The notes under the pieces are model-generated. The model had not been told where the DNA came from. It did not search any database and saw nothing but the letters and a program-made list of their open reading frames with translations. Position numbers and translations under genes: made by a program. DNA of 64,000 bases from an uncultured delta proteobacterium (GTDB taxonomy: Bacteria > Myxococcota_A > Polyangia > Polyangiales > Polyangiaceae). Of the stretch, positions 1-11,049 are shown one piece after another. The stretch is taken from assembly GCA_963716725.1 (NCBI GenBank), contig CAVQUB010000006.1:128001-192000 (forward strand), given 5' to 3'. Every line of letters begins with the position of its first letter. The first letter of the stretch is position 1.

Positions 1-1386
1 GCTCGGCGGAGGGTCGCTGGCGGTGGTGATTTCCCGCCCCGAGGATCTGCGCTCCGCCACCCTCACGGCCATGGCGGGCGGTCCCATCGCGGCGGGCAAG
101 GCGCCGAGTGAGCTGTCGGCTCAGGCCGAATTCATCGTGCCCACGGACAGCAGCGGCGGCGGCTACGGGTACGCGCCGCGCAACGAGATCAAGCGCGGCG
201 CCCCGAGCAGCGCCACTGCAGCCGCCTTGGTCGGTTACTCCGGCGGAAATCTGCGCGTGAGCCCCTGGGGAACGACGGCCCCGTACGGCATGGGCGAGCT
301 GACCTTGCTCGCCTTCGACGCCACCAAAGACCCGGGCGCGAGCGACGAGTGGGTCCGCTTGAAGATGGTGGACCTCACTCGCCACGCCTGGGACCGCCAG
401 GTTTCGCTGGCCCTGCCCCACGCAGCGACTGCCCTCGACACGGGCAGCCTCGACGGCGTCCGCAAGCACCTCGATCCCAACGAGGGAGCACGTTGGGCCA
501 TCGTGGTCGCGCTGCTCTTGCTGATCGCCTACTCGATGCTCGCGGGACCGCTGAACTTCTACTTGGCTTCCAAGAAGGGCAAGCCGCTCCGCGCGCTGTG
601 GCACCTGCCGATCTGGTCGGGAGCCACCATGGGCGCCATCGTCGTGCTCGGCGCCCTGGCCAAGGGCGTCACCGGACGCGCGCGGCACCTGACGGTGATC
701 GAAGCCGGCGCCGGCATGACCCACGGCAGCGTGACGCGCTTTCGCGGGTTCTACGCCGCGGCCGCCGAGCAACTCCTGGTGCGGGCTTCCGACCGACAGA
801 ACGTGCTCGACGTGGCCGGCGACGACGCCGCCGAGACGTCCCGCGAGCTGGTGGTCGATCGCGACGGCGCGCGCCTGGAGAAGCTCCAGGCGAAGCCCTG
901 GCAGACCGTGGTGGTGCGCGAAGATGGCTTCACCTCCCTGGGCGGGGGCGTGAGCCTGGTCGATCGCGGGACCGACATCGAGATCACCAACCGCACGGCG
1001 CGAGATCTGCTCGGCGTGTTGGTCTGGAACCCCAAGACCGAGGCCAGGTTCTTCCCCCGCATCAAGGACGGTGAGCGCGTGCTGGCGTCCGCCGGCCGCA
1101 AGCTGCCCAAGAAATCGGGCGCCGTCGCTTCGTCGGCACGTTGAACCTCCGAGATCTCGACGCGCAGGACTTCGCGCCCACTATCGAGGCCGACGTGAAG
1201 GGCGCCGGCGAAGCCTGGAAGGCCATCGACGAGCTGATCGACAACAACGTCAACTGGTGGCCGGACGATGCGCCGACGCTGATCGGGCAGCTCGAGGGCG
1301 GCGAAGGCAAGACCGTGGACTCGGGACTGGCCGTGGACTTCGACCGCGTCCTCGTGCGCGTCGTCGGCTTCGGAGGTGTGCCGTGA
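1..1386 (+). CDS. Membrane protein of ABC/DUF58/vWA locus (5' partial; apparent frameshift near 1140)
   Basis: ORF 23..1144 has two TM segments (AIVVALLLLIAYSMLAGPLNFY; WSGATMGAIVVLGAL) and continues in ORF 1141..1386. The stop overlaps the next GTG. Confidence 0.6.
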
Positions 1387-2556
1387 GCGAGAGCGCACTG
1401 CAATTCCCAGCAACGCCGAGCGCGCTGATCGAGCCGCCCGCGATCCGAATTCGCCACCTGTGGCACCGCTACGGGAACATGGACGTGCTCCGCGACGTCA
1501 GCCTGGAGGTGGGACACGGCGAGATCTTCGGCTTCATCGGCCCGAACGGCGCGGGCAAGACCACCACCATTCGGATCATGGCCACGCTGCTCGACCCCAT
1601 GGCGGGGCGCGTCGAGATCGACGGCATCGACGTCTCGGTGGATCCGGATCAAGTCCGCAAGATCATCGGCTACATGCCGGATCACGCGGGCGTGTACGAC
1701 CGCATCACGGTGCGCGAATACCTCGAGTTCTTCTCGGACGCCTACCGGGTGACGAGCATCGGTGTCGTCGACACCGTGATCGAGCTCACCGACCTGGGCA
1801 ATCTGCAAGATCGTCTGGTCGCGGCCCTGAGCAAGGGCATGAAGCAGCGCCTCGGCTGGCGCGCATCCTGCTGCACGACCCCAAGATCCTGATCCTGGAC
1901 GAACCCGCAAGCGATCTCGATCCGCGCGCGCGCATCGAGATCCGCGACCTCTTGCTGGAGCTGCGCGAGCTCGGCAAGACCATCTTCCTGTCCAGCCACA
2001 TCCTCACCGAGCTCAGCGACGTCTGCACCTCGGTGGGCATCCTCGAGCGAGGCAAGCTGGTCGTCGCGGGGCCCATTGGAGAGATCGCGGAACGGCTGGA
2101 AGAGCAGCGCGCCGCCCAGGCGGTGGGCATGCAGGCCGGGGATCCCGCGGCGCCGCCAACCGGTGCAAGCCTTCGTGCCCGCGGCGATCGAGCCGGCCCC
2201 GCTTGGGCGCCGACGCCCCCGCCCTGACGCCCATGGCCGAGGTGCCGCCACCCGCGGCCGGGGTGACAACCGCCGGCGGCGCCGCGATCCCCGCCTCGAC
2301 GCGCAAGCGCCTGCGGCTGCGCGTGCTCGGGGACGCCCGGGTGGTGATGCCGCTGATCGCCGGCGGCACGGGGATCGCCGCGGTCGAACCGGGCCCGGGC
2401 GGCCAACTCACGGTGTATTACGTGGGCAACGACCGCTTCGTTGCCGATGTCGTGCGGCACCTGGTGGCCAACGGCGTCGGCATCGTTGGCGTCGAGCCCG
2501 AACGCAACGAGCTCGAACGCATCTTCCTCGAGGTCACCCGAGGAGATCTGCAATGA
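1383..2556 (+). CDS. ABC transporter ATP-binding protein (CcmA/ABC-2 type), broken by frameshifts near 1858 and 2160-2210
   Basis: Walker A GPNGAGKTT, signature LSKGMKQRL, Walker B ILILDEP and H-loop SSH are spread over three frames. C-terminal LERIFLEVT. Confidence 0.9.
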
Positions 2557-4265
2557 GCGCGCAGACTGGCCGCCCGACCCTCGCCGACGCCCCGCCGTCC
2601 TCGCGACGCATCGACCGCGCGCGCATCCGCGTCAAGAACATCAAGAACGATCCCAACCCGATCTGGATGCGGGAGATGAGACAGGCCGCGCGCCTCGGGC
2701 GGACTCCGATCATCCTGGCCGTCATCACCGGACTGATGGCGCTGCTGATCTGCGCCGTGGGTGGCGTCGCCAGCGTCAAAGCCGAGCCCGCCAAGGTCGG
2801 AGTCGCGCTCTTTCACACCTTCTTCTCCCTGGCCTTTGCCGTCGTCACTTGGATCGGACCGGCGGTCGCCGCCAGCACCATCGCCAGCGAGCGCAGCGGC
2901 CGCACCTGGGAGGCCCTCTCGCTCACCGGGCTGGGGCCAGTCACCATCGCCCAAGGAAAGTTCCTGGCGTCCCTCAGCTACATCTCGCTCTACATCGTGA
3001 TGCTGGTCCCGGTGGGCGCCCTACCCTTCTTGTTCGGCGGGGTCAGCGCCACCGAGGTGCTGGCCGCCTTCGCGCTCTTGTTCTGCTTCGGCGTGCTCTC
3101 GGTCGCCTTCGGGCTCAGCATCAGCTCGCAGTTCTCGAGCTCAGCGGTCGCCATCGTCGTCACGCTGTTGGTGGCCATTCCGCTCTCGCTCCTGGTCTAC
3201 CTCTTGGGCGGCGTCGCGCTCTCGGTCGCGGTCCACGACATCTGGCCTGCGATCCCCAAGGGCGCGCCGGTGTGGCTCCCGACGGCCTACGTTCGCGCCG
3301 ATTTCGGCCTCGAGTACCTGGCGTTTCTGGTGCTGGCGCCCCTGGTCGCCATCGGCGTTCCGGCCTGGTTCCTCTACGAAGTCACGGTCGCCAACATGGG
3401 CGGAGTCAGCGACGATCGCTCGAGCGGGATCCGGCGCTGGTTCTTGATCTCCGCGCCGGCGTTCTGCGTAGCGTCCGTCGTGCCAGCCCTCGCCGTCCCG
3501 AGCGACCGCTGGGCCGCGGTGGCCATCGGCATCAGCACGATGTTCATTTTTTTCACGACCATGGCGTTTGTCTTTGCCGGTGAGCCCCTCGGACCGTCAC
3601 GGCGGGTGTTGATCCACTGGGACCGTCGCGGGGTCGGGAGGTTGCGGCGGTTCTTGGGCCCCGGTATCGCGCGGGCCGTCTCGCTCTTGATGATCGTCAG
3701 CACGGCGTGCATCGCCCTCCAGGTGGCCGTGGGGGTCAGCATCGAGCTGTTGGCTCGGGGCCCCACCGCCGTGGAGAACGCCACGCGAGTCATTGCCTTT
3801 GGCGGTTACGCGGCCGGCTACTGCCTGTTCCTGGCAGGGTTCGCCGCTTGGACCCGCGCCCGCTCGGCGACCACCAGCGTGCCCCGCGCGTTGCTCGTGG
3901 CTGCCCTATTTCTGACCTCGGCGGGCCCGTGGTTGGCCATGGCGGTGGCCGGTGTCCTGACCGAAGGCAGCGACGGAGCCTTCGTCTTCGCGTCGCCGTC
4001 ACCGAGCTACGTGTTCGTGATGCTGCAGCACATCGGCACCCCCTCACCGGATTCCGAGCTCTTGCTGGCGGCCGGCGCCGCCTGCGCGTTTGGCTGGGGG
4101 CTGCTCGGATTCGGCTTGTTTGGAGCTGCGGCAGCCCGATCGAGGAAGGCCGTGCGCGCGCACGACAAGGCGCAGCGGGAGCTCGACGCATTGCTCGCCG
4201 CCGAGGACAGCGCCGCTGCGGGCGAGCACGCCGCCGAGACGGGGGCCGTGCCCCAGGAGCCATGA
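2553..4265 (+). CDS. ABC-2 type permease (multi-pass membrane protein)
   Basis: NPIWMREMR and ASTIASERSGRTWEALSLT motifs, many TM helices. ATG overlaps the previous stop. Confidence 0.85.
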   Translation: MSAQTGRPTLADAPPSSRRIDRARIRVKNIKNDPNPIWMREMRQAARLGRTPIILAVITGLMALLICAVGGVASVKAEPAKVGVALFHTFFSLAFAVVTWIGPAVAASTIASERSGRTWEALSLTGLGPVTIAQGKFLASLSYISLYIVMLVPVGALPFLFGGVSATEVLAAFALLFCFGVLSVAFGLSISSQFSSSAVAIVVTLLVAIPLSLLVYLLGGVALSVAVHDIWPAIPKGAPVWLPTAYVRADFGLEYLAFLVLAPLVAIGVPAWFLYEVTVANMGGVSDDRSSGIRRWFLISAPAFCVASVVPALAVPSDRWAAVAIGISTMFIFFTTMAFVFAGEPLGPSRRVLIHWDRRGVGRLRRFLGPGIARAVSLLMIVSTACIALQVAVGVSIELLARGPTAVENATRVIAFGGYAAGYCLFLAGFAAWTRARSATTSVPRALLVAALFLTSAGPWLAMAVAGVLTEGSDGAFVFASPSPSYVFVMLQHIGTPSPDSELLLAAGAACAFGWGLLGFGLFGAAAARSRKAVRAHDKAQRELDALLAAEDSAAAGEHAAETGAVPQEP

Positions 4266-5167
4266 CAGTGGCCGGCGGCACGCCCTCGATCCTGGATCCG
4301 GAGTTCGTACGCGAGCTCGAAGCCCTCCGACGCCGTCTCGAGATCCGCGCGCGCTCGGGCGCCGCGGGCGAGCACGCCGCCAAGCGCCGCGGCGGCGCGG
4401 CGGAGTTCCAAGAACATCGCTACTACGAGCCGGGAGACGATCTGAGACGCGTCGACTGGCTGGCCTTTGCGCGGACGGGCCAGCCCGTCGTGAAGTTGTT
4501 CCGAGCCGAGGAGGACGTCGTCGTGCGCCTGCTCATCGACGCTTCCGCCTCACTGGACTTCGGTGACCCGTCGAAGATCGCCGTCGCGCGGCGCCTCGCA
4601 GCCGCCTTCGGCTACATGGCCCTCGCCGGCTCGCAGCGCGCACAAGTTCTGGTGGCCGGCGGACGCGAAGCAACGTCCGGCCTCACGCGTCGGTCGAGTG
4701 CGCGCCGAGGCCGCGGCGGGCTTGCGGGACTGTTGCGCGATCTGGATCGTGACACGCCCAAGGGCGGCGTCGACCTGGCGCGCGCCCTGGACGACGTGAT
4801 CGTCCAGTCTGCGCGACCAGGAATGCTGGTCGTGCTCAGCGACTTCTTCGACGCGGGGCCAGTCACCGCAGCGCTCACTCGCGCGGTGGTTGCCGGTCAC
4901 GACGTGGCCCTCGTGCAAGTGGTGGATCGAGGGGAAATCGAGCCGAAACTCGAGGGGGATTACGAGCTCGAAGACGCGGAGACCGGCCAGACCGTCAGCA
5001 TCACGATGGATGCGAGCTCGATCGATGCGTACGTGATCCGCTTCGCGGGCCTCGTCGAAGAGCTACGCGCCTGGGCACGTCGACACCGCGCGAGCTACGT
5101 ACGCGTCACGACGGACGAAGCGCTCGAGGGCGCGGTCCGCCGATTCGTTGCTCGTTCCGTCGACTGA
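4262..5167 (+). CDS. DUF58 domain protein (MoxR-associated, vWA-like)
   Basis: EFQEHRYYEPGDDLRRVDW, LIDASASLDFG and VVLSDFFD motifs. Confidence 0.9.
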   Translation: MTVAGGTPSILDPEFVRELEALRRRLEIRARSGAAGEHAAKRRGGAAEFQEHRYYEPGDDLRRVDWLAFARTGQPVVKLFRAEEDVVVRLLIDASASLDFGDPSKIAVARRLAAAFGYMALAGSQRAQVLVAGGREATSGLTRRSSARRGRGGLAGLLRDLDRDTPKGGVDLARALDDVIVQSARPGMLVVLSDFFDAGPVTAALTRAVVAGHDVALVQVVDRGEIEPKLEGDYELEDAETGQTVSITMDASSIDAYVIRFAGLVEELRAWARRHRASYVRVTTDEALEGAVRRFVARSVD

Positions 5168-5308
5168 CGCCCGGCGAAAGCCCTGCGGACGACGGAACAG
5201 GCAACGGGGGCACGAGCGCAACGCTCGAAAGCAGTCGCGCTCGCCACCTCCCGTCCCCTCAGACACCGAGTCGCCGAGCATGCTCAGCGACGCGGCACCC
5301 AGAAGGAC

Positions 5309-5533
5309 TCACGCCTTCTTGGCGCGCTTGCGACGTGCTTTCTTCTTCGGCTTCGCCGCCGGGGCTGCCTTCTTGACTGCCTTCTTGGCTGCCTTCTTGG
5401 CTGCCTTCTTGGCGCCCTTCTTGGCTGCCTTCTTGCGACGCGCCTTCTTCTTCGGTGCCGCGGGTGCCGCCGCTGCCGGAGCCGCTGCCGCCGCCGCTGC
5501 CTTCTTCTTCGATGCCTTCTTCTTTGCCGCCAT
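5309..5533 (-). CDS. Small Lys/Ala-rich histone H1-like basic protein
   Basis: 74-aa MAAKKKASKKK...KKAAKKGAKKAAKKAAKKAVKK, with purine-rich GGAGA upstream of the ATG. Confidence 0.75.
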   Translation of the reverse strand: MAAKKKASKKKAAAAAAAPAAAAPAAPKKKARRKKAAKKGAKKAAKKAAKKAVKKAAPAAKPKKKARRKRAKKA

Positions 5534-5928
5534 GATCTGTTCTCCGATTCCGCTCATTGAATGAGCAGGGTGAACACACTTTCATCCATAAGTTCGACTC
5601 TCGTCAAGACGATCTTTTCGATCATCGTCATCGTGAACGTCACCACGAACACCACACGCGAGCGTGCGCGTCGCTCTCGAGCAAGCTCCGACGCGAAGCG
5701 GATGCAACTCGCATCTCGGACCGACTCGACACCGACGGGACTCTTCTGCGAGCAGCGTTCGTCCCGCGTCTACGCTGCGCGCACGGTGGGCGTTTACTGC
5801 AAATCTCCCTGTATTTCTGACTGAATTGCCACGCGCTCCCGGCACCCGCGCGAGCGCACGCTCGCGACTCGGAGCACGACGACATCACCCGAAGACCCGG
5901 GACGCACTCCACGCTAAGCTGCCCGCAC

Positions 5929-7890
5929 ATGCCGTTCGAGTTGCGTAGCCCCGGGGGTCTCTTGCTGCTGGGACTCGTCGTGCCGCTGGTGCTGCTCTAC
6001 GTGCTCAAGATCCGGCGCACTCGGCTGCGCGTCGCTTCGACCTGGCTCTGGACCGTCGCCGAGCGTGATCTTCTGGCAAAAAGCCCGTTCAAACGCCTTC
6101 TGCTCCAGATCCCGCTCCTGCTCCAGCTCGCCGCGCTGCTGCTCCTCGCGCTCGCGTTTGCGCAGCCCGCGACGCGCGGTGGAGCAATCATGGGCGACCA
6201 CGTCGCGATCGTGGTGGACGTCAGCGCTTCGATGGGCGCGAAGACTCCCGCGGGCACGACCCGGATGCAGGCCGCGCGCGCGGCCGCGGTGAACGTGGTC
6301 CGCGCCCTGAGCCCGGGGGCGGATGCCCTGGTGATCGAGGCGGGCAGAGAGGCCCGCATCGCATCGCCGCTCGACCGCGATTCGCGCCGCCTCGAGGCGG
6401 CCATCGAGCGGCTCGAGCCCACCGACGTCGAGGGGCACCTGGGCCGTTCGCTGGCCATCGCCGCGGACCGGCTCCGGCAACTGCCCGGCGACAAGCGCAT
6501 CGTGGTGGTCACCGATCGGGCGCTGACCGATCCCGAGTCGCTCGCCGCGGTGTCCCTGCCCGTCGACATCGTCGACGTGGGCGGCGACCCCTCCAACACC
6601 GCCATCGTGCGCGTGGACGTGCGCAGCGGCGTGGATCCGGCCACAAAACGCGATCAAGTGCAGGCATTTGCCATGGTCGCGCACTACGGCAAACAGCCCC
6701 GGGACGTGTTTGTCACCCTGCGACAGCGCAACGTGACCGAGCCGCTGGCCTCCCGAAAGCTGACCCTGGCGCCGGGCGAGCGCGCCCCGGTCGTACTGAC
6801 CTTCGAGCCGACGCCGGGCGATCGCGGCACCGGTCTGATCGTGGAGCTTTCGCCGGACGACGCCCTCACGACGGACGACCGCGTCTACGCGCGCGTGCCG
6901 ATGGGGCGTAAGATCCCCGTCGTGCTGGCGCCGAGCGACGGCGCCCCCTGGGTCCGGCGAGCGCTGTCCGCCGATCCGGACGTCGAGCTCTTGGGCGCGA
7001 GCTTGGCGGGGCTATCGGCCGGGGCGGTGCCCGACGACGCGCTGGTGGTCGTGGACGCCGCGTGTCCGGCGGCGCTGCCCGGCGGGGACCTCCTGCTCGT
7101 GAACCCGCCCGCGGGGAAGTGTCGCACCGCCGTGGTGGGCGCACCCATCGAGCGGCCGGTCATCACGTCCTGGAGCGAGGCGGACCCTCGCTTGCGTTTT
7201 CTGACCCTCGATGGGGTGGACGTCGCCCGCGCGCGCAAAATCGAAACAGAGGGCCAGGCAGACGCATTGGTGAAGACGAGGGAGGGCGTCCTGATCAGCG
7301 ACGTGTCTTCGCCCGGGAGAACGGGCACGCTCGTGGCTTTCGATGTGGGGGAGAGCAACTGGCCGCTGAAGGCGTCGTTCGTCCTCTTCATTCGCAACGT
7401 CGTGGAGCTCGCGCGGACGCACCGGGCCCGGGGTGTGACGGGCCCAGCGCGCACGGGCGAGCCGATGACCGTTCGGGTCCCTCCCGACCTGAGCGCCGTC
7501 GACGTGGAAGATCCCGCGGGGAAGACCCTGTCGATTCCCGCCCGGGCGGGCCTCGCGGTGGTGCCGGAGGTCGCGCGAGCCGGCTTCTACTACGTGAGCT
7601 GGAAGGGTGAGCGGCCCGGGAGCGTGCTGGTCCCGGCCAACCTCACCAGTGAGAGCGAGAGCGACATCACGCCGAAGACGCTGCCGGGCGGAAGCGCCCC
7701 GGTTCGGGTATCCGACGCGGCGACGGTGGCCGACTCGCACACCGACTGGGCGTGGGTCCTGGCGGCTATCGCCCTGGCCTTCATCGCGTTCGACGCCTGG
7801 TGGCTCACCCGGCGACCCCGGCTGGTGACGCCGACCGTCAGCGCCACCCCCAAGCTCCCGCAGCGCCCGGCGGCGCGAGGTGCCCGCTGA
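5929..7890 (+). CDS. BatA N-terminal / vWA domain membrane protein
   Basis: N-terminal BatA-like double TM (LVLLYVLKIRR...STWLW...LLLQLAALLLLALAFAQP), MIDAS DVSASM, C-terminal TM. Confidence 0.85.
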   Translation: MPFELRSPGGLLLLGLVVPLVLLYVLKIRRTRLRVASTWLWTVAERDLLAKSPFKRLLLQIPLLLQLAALLLLALAFAQPATRGGAIMGDHVAIVVDVSASMGAKTPAGTTRMQAARAAAVNVVRALSPGADALVIEAGREARIASPLDRDSRRLEAAIERLEPTDVEGHLGRSLAIAADRLRQLPGDKRIVVVTDRALTDPESLAAVSLPVDIVDVGGDPSNTAIVRVDVRSGVDPATKRDQVQAFAMVAHYGKQPRDVFVTLRQRNVTEPLASRKLTLAPGERAPVVLTFEPTPGDRGTGLIVELSPDDALTTDDRVYARVPMGRKIPVVLAPSDGAPWVRRALSADPDVELLGASLAGLSAGAVPDDALVVVDAACPAALPGGDLLLVNPPAGKCRTAVVGAPIERPVITSWSEADPRLRFLTLDGVDVARARKIETEGQADALVKTREGVLISDVSSPGRTGTLVAFDVGESNWPLKASFVLFIRNVVELARTHRARGVTGPARTGEPMTVRVPPDLSAVDVEDPAGKTLSIPARAGLAVVPEVARAGFYYVSWKGERPGSVLVPANLTSESESDITPKTLPGGSAPVRVSDAATVADSHTDWAWVLAAIALAFIAFDAWWLTRRPRLVTPTVSATPKLPQRPAARGAR

Positions 7891-10800
7891 TGCCGCCCGC
7901 CCTCGCCGCCCAACTGCCGTGGGTCGCCCTCGCGCTGGGGATCCTGGCCTTCGGCGGCTACGTGGTCTGGGCCCACCGCAGGGGGCTCGGCAAGCGCCCG
8001 CTCCTGCTCGCGCTCGCCATCCTGGGGTCATTGCCTGCGCTGTACCTGGGGCTGACGTGGACCCGCTTGCTCCCCGAGCACTACCTGCGCTTCGAACGGC
8101 CGCTGCTGGCGCTGCCGGTGGCTGTCCTCGTCGTGGCCATCGCTCACCGCCTGTTGGCCCTGTCGCCCCGACAGGGGGCCGCTCGGCGGACCCTCACCGA
8201 GCTCTTGATCGGCGTCTCGGCCCTCGCGGCGGCGCTGGCGGTGGTGGGTGCCGAGCTGGGCAAGCCCCTCGACCGGCTCGCGGTGCTGGTGGCCATCGAT
8301 CGGAGCCGCAGTATCGACTTGGTCCCCGATGCCGATGCCCGCGTCCGCGCCGAGCTGCAGGTCGCCGAGCTCGGGATGCGCGACGACGACCGCATCGGCA
8401 CCATCGCCTTCGCGGCGGAGGCCTCGGTGGAAGATCCGCTGCGTCCGAGGACCCGCCTGCCCGCCCCTCAGAAGGTCGAGCTGGGTCGCGATGGAACCGA
8501 CATCTCCGGAGCGATCCGCCGGGCCCTCGCCGAAGTCCCGGCGGACTCGGCGGCGCGCATCGTCGTCATCAGCGACGGCGTCTCGACCCGGGGCGATCCG
8601 CTGGAAGCGTCGGCCGCAGCCGTCGCTGCCGGGATCCCCGTCGACGTGGTCCCGCTCGATCAGGCCAAGGTACCCGATGTGCGGGTGGCGGCGCTGCGCA
8701 TGCCCCCGCGCGCCAGCGAGGGCGAGACCCTGGAGATGCGTATCGTGACCTCGGCCAGCGCGGAGACGCCGGTCGAGCTGCGGATCTTCCGCGACGGGCA
8801 GCTGCTCCGGAAAGGGACCGCCAAGGTCGCTGCCGGTGAAGACGTGCTCCGCCTGCGCGAGCAGGCTCCCGGTCCGGGCCTGCATCGCTACGACGTCGAG
8901 ATCACTTCCCTCGATCCCAAGCTCGACGTACGTCCTGAAGACAACACCGGGGCCACCTTCGTGCGGGTGCGCGGTCAGGCCGCTGCGCTGGTGATGGAGC
9001 GGGAGCCCAAGCTCGCCGCTGCCATGGTGCGGGCGCTCGAAGCCGCGGCATTCCGAGTCGACACCGTGGGTCCGAGCAGCGTGCCCGCGGACATCGCCGG
9101 CTTCGCCTCCTACGACGTGCTCGTGCTGTCGGACATCTCGGCGCCGGACCTGTCCTCGACGCAGATCGATGCCATGGCCAGCTACGTGCGCGATCTCGGC
9201 GGAGGGCTCTTGCTGATGGGCGGCGACAAGTCCATGGGGCCCGGCGGCTTCGGCAAGACTCCCATCGAGGAGGTCAGCCCGGTCTCTTTCGATCTCAAGC
9301 AAGAGCGCCGCCGCGCGAGCCTCGCGGAGGTGATCGCCATCGACTACTCGGGCTCAATGGCCATGCGGGCGGGCAAGCACACCAAGCTCGAGCTGGCCAA
9401 CGAGGCCGCGGCCCGCTCGGCCGAGCTCCTGGGCACGGGCGATCGGCTCGGCGTCATGCACGTCGACACCGTCGTGAGCTGGACCGTGCCCCTCGGTCCC
9501 CTGACGAACAAGGCGGCGATCTCGAAGGCCATCCGCGCGGTGGGCCCGGGCGGGGGCGGCATCTACGTCGACTTGACCCTCAGAGACGCCTACGCCGCGC
9601 TGGATCGCGAAAAGGTGAACCTCAAGCACCTGCTGCTCTTTGCCGACGGCTCGGATGCCGAGGAGCGAGCCGGCGCCTTTGCGCTGGTCGCCGGCGCCAA
9701 GGCCCGCGGCATCACCACCAGCGTGATCTCGCTGGGGCGCGGCTCGGACAGCGCCGATCTGGAGAAGATGGCGCGCCTCGGCGACGGGCGTTTTTACCTC
9801 GTGGAGGACGCGGGCCGGCTGCCCAGCATCTTTGCCCAAGAGACGGTGCTCGCCGCCAAGAGCTCGATCAACGAGGTCACGTTCAAGCCCGCCCCAGGCG
9901 CGCCGGGACCGGCGATCCGCGGCATCGAGGTCGGTGCGCTGCCGGCGCTGACCGGCTACGTCGTGACCATCCCGAAAGGACGCGCGCAGGTCCACCTCAA
10001 GGGCCCCGAGGGCGATCCCATCCTCGCGACCTGGTCGGTGGGCATCGGGAGAGCAGGGGCCTTCACCAGCGACTTCAAGGACCGCTGGGGCAGCGCTTGG
10101 ACGGCGGCGCCCGAGGCGGCTCGACTGTTCGGACAGCTCGCGCGCGATCTGACCCGACGCGCCGACGATCCACGGGTACGCCTGGAGGCCGACGCAGCTG
10201 GGGGCGAGCTTCACGTACGCGCGAACCTGGTGGGCGACGACGGACGTGCCGAGAGCTTCCGCCGCCTCAAGGTGCGAGTCGGCGGACCGGACGGTTTTCA
10301 GCGCGAGGTCGCCCTCGAAGCCGTCGGCGCGGGGGCTTACGCGGTGGCCATTCCACTCTCGCGACCCGGCGCCTACATCGCCACGGCCATCGACGAAATC
10401 GCAGGCGACCCCGTCGCGACCACCGGGGCGGTCCTCAGCGCGGGGGAAGAGCTGCGCCCCACCGGCACTGATCGCGGTCTGCTCACCCGCGTCGCGGAGA
10501 TCACCGGCGGCCAGGTCCGCGACACGCTCGCCGGGATCTACAAGGAGCGCAGCGCGAAACGCTTTGCGTACACGAGCCTGGTGCCGCCGTTGCTCCTGCT
10601 CTCGGCCTTCGCTCTCTTGATCGGCGTCGCCGCGCGCAAGCTCGCGCTCCCGGAACGCATCAGCGCCCTGCCCAATCGCCTGCGCTCTCGGCTGCGCGAC
10701 CGCGACGCGCGCCGAGAGGAGCGCAGCGCCGAAGAGAAGGCCCAAGCCACGTCGGCGACCACGACCCTCGGCGCGCTGCGGGGACGAAAGCTGGAACGCC

Positions 10801-11021
10801 AAGCCGAGTTGTCGCGAGCGCCGCCCGTCGTCACGGACTTGCCCCCCCCCAGCGTGCCCCACTTCGGGCACTCGGCCCCCGCCCCTCGGCCGGTCGGTGT
10901 GCCGCCGCCCGCAGCCCATCCGGGCCCCGGGCTCGGAGCCGACGTGGCCTCTCCACCCTCGGCGCGCGGATTGAGCGCCGCCGAGATCCTCCTGGCGCGA
11001 CGCCGCGGACGACGTGGCTGA
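7890..11021 (+). CDS. Membrane protein with two vWA domains and a glutamine-amidotransferase-like (DUF1355-type) domain
   Basis: MIDAS motifs DRSRSI and DYSGSM; YVRDLGGGLLLMGG...SMGPGGF; N- and C-terminal TMs. Confidence 0.85.
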   Translation: MPPALAAQLPWVALALGILAFGGYVVWAHRRGLGKRPLLLALAILGSLPALYLGLTWTRLLPEHYLRFERPLLALPVAVLVVAIAHRLLALSPRQGAARRTLTELLIGVSALAAALAVVGAELGKPLDRLAVLVAIDRSRSIDLVPDADARVRAELQVAELGMRDDDRIGTIAFAAEASVEDPLRPRTRLPAPQKVELGRDGTDISGAIRRALAEVPADSAARIVVISDGVSTRGDPLEASAAAVAAGIPVDVVPLDQAKVPDVRVAALRMPPRASEGETLEMRIVTSASAETPVELRIFRDGQLLRKGTAKVAAGEDVLRLREQAPGPGLHRYDVEITSLDPKLDVRPEDNTGATFVRVRGQAAALVMEREPKLAAAMVRALEAAAFRVDTVGPSSVPADIAGFASYDVLVLSDISAPDLSSTQIDAMASYVRDLGGGLLLMGGDKSMGPGGFGKTPIEEVSPVSFDLKQERRRASLAEVIAIDYSGSMAMRAGKHTKLELANEAAARSAELLGTGDRLGVMHVDTVVSWTVPLGPLTNKAAISKAIRAVGPGGGGIYVDLTLRDAYAALDREKVNLKHLLLFADGSDAEERAGAFALVAGAKARGITTSVISLGRGSDSADLEKMARLGDGRFYLVEDAGRLPSIFAQETVLAAKSSINEVTFKPAPGAPGPAIRGIEVGALPALTGYVVTIPKGRAQVHLKGPEGDPILATWSVGIGRAGAFTSDFKDRWGSAWTAAPEAARLFGQLARDLTRRADDPRVRLEADAAGGELHVRANLVGDDGRAESFRRLKVRVGGPDGFQREVALEAVGAGAYAVAIPLSRPGAYIATAIDEIAGDPVATTGAVLSAGEELRPTGTDRGLLTRVAEITGGQVRDTLAGIYKERSAKRFAYTSLVPPLLLLSAFALLIGVAARKLALPERISALPNRLRSRLRDRDARREERSAEEKAQATSATTTLGALRGRKLERQAELSRAPPVVTDLPPPSVPHFGHSAPAPRPVGVPPPAAHPGPGLGADVASPPSARGLSAAEILLARRRGRRG

Positions 11022-11049
11022 CCGCGTCATGTAGACTCCGGCGCCTCGC

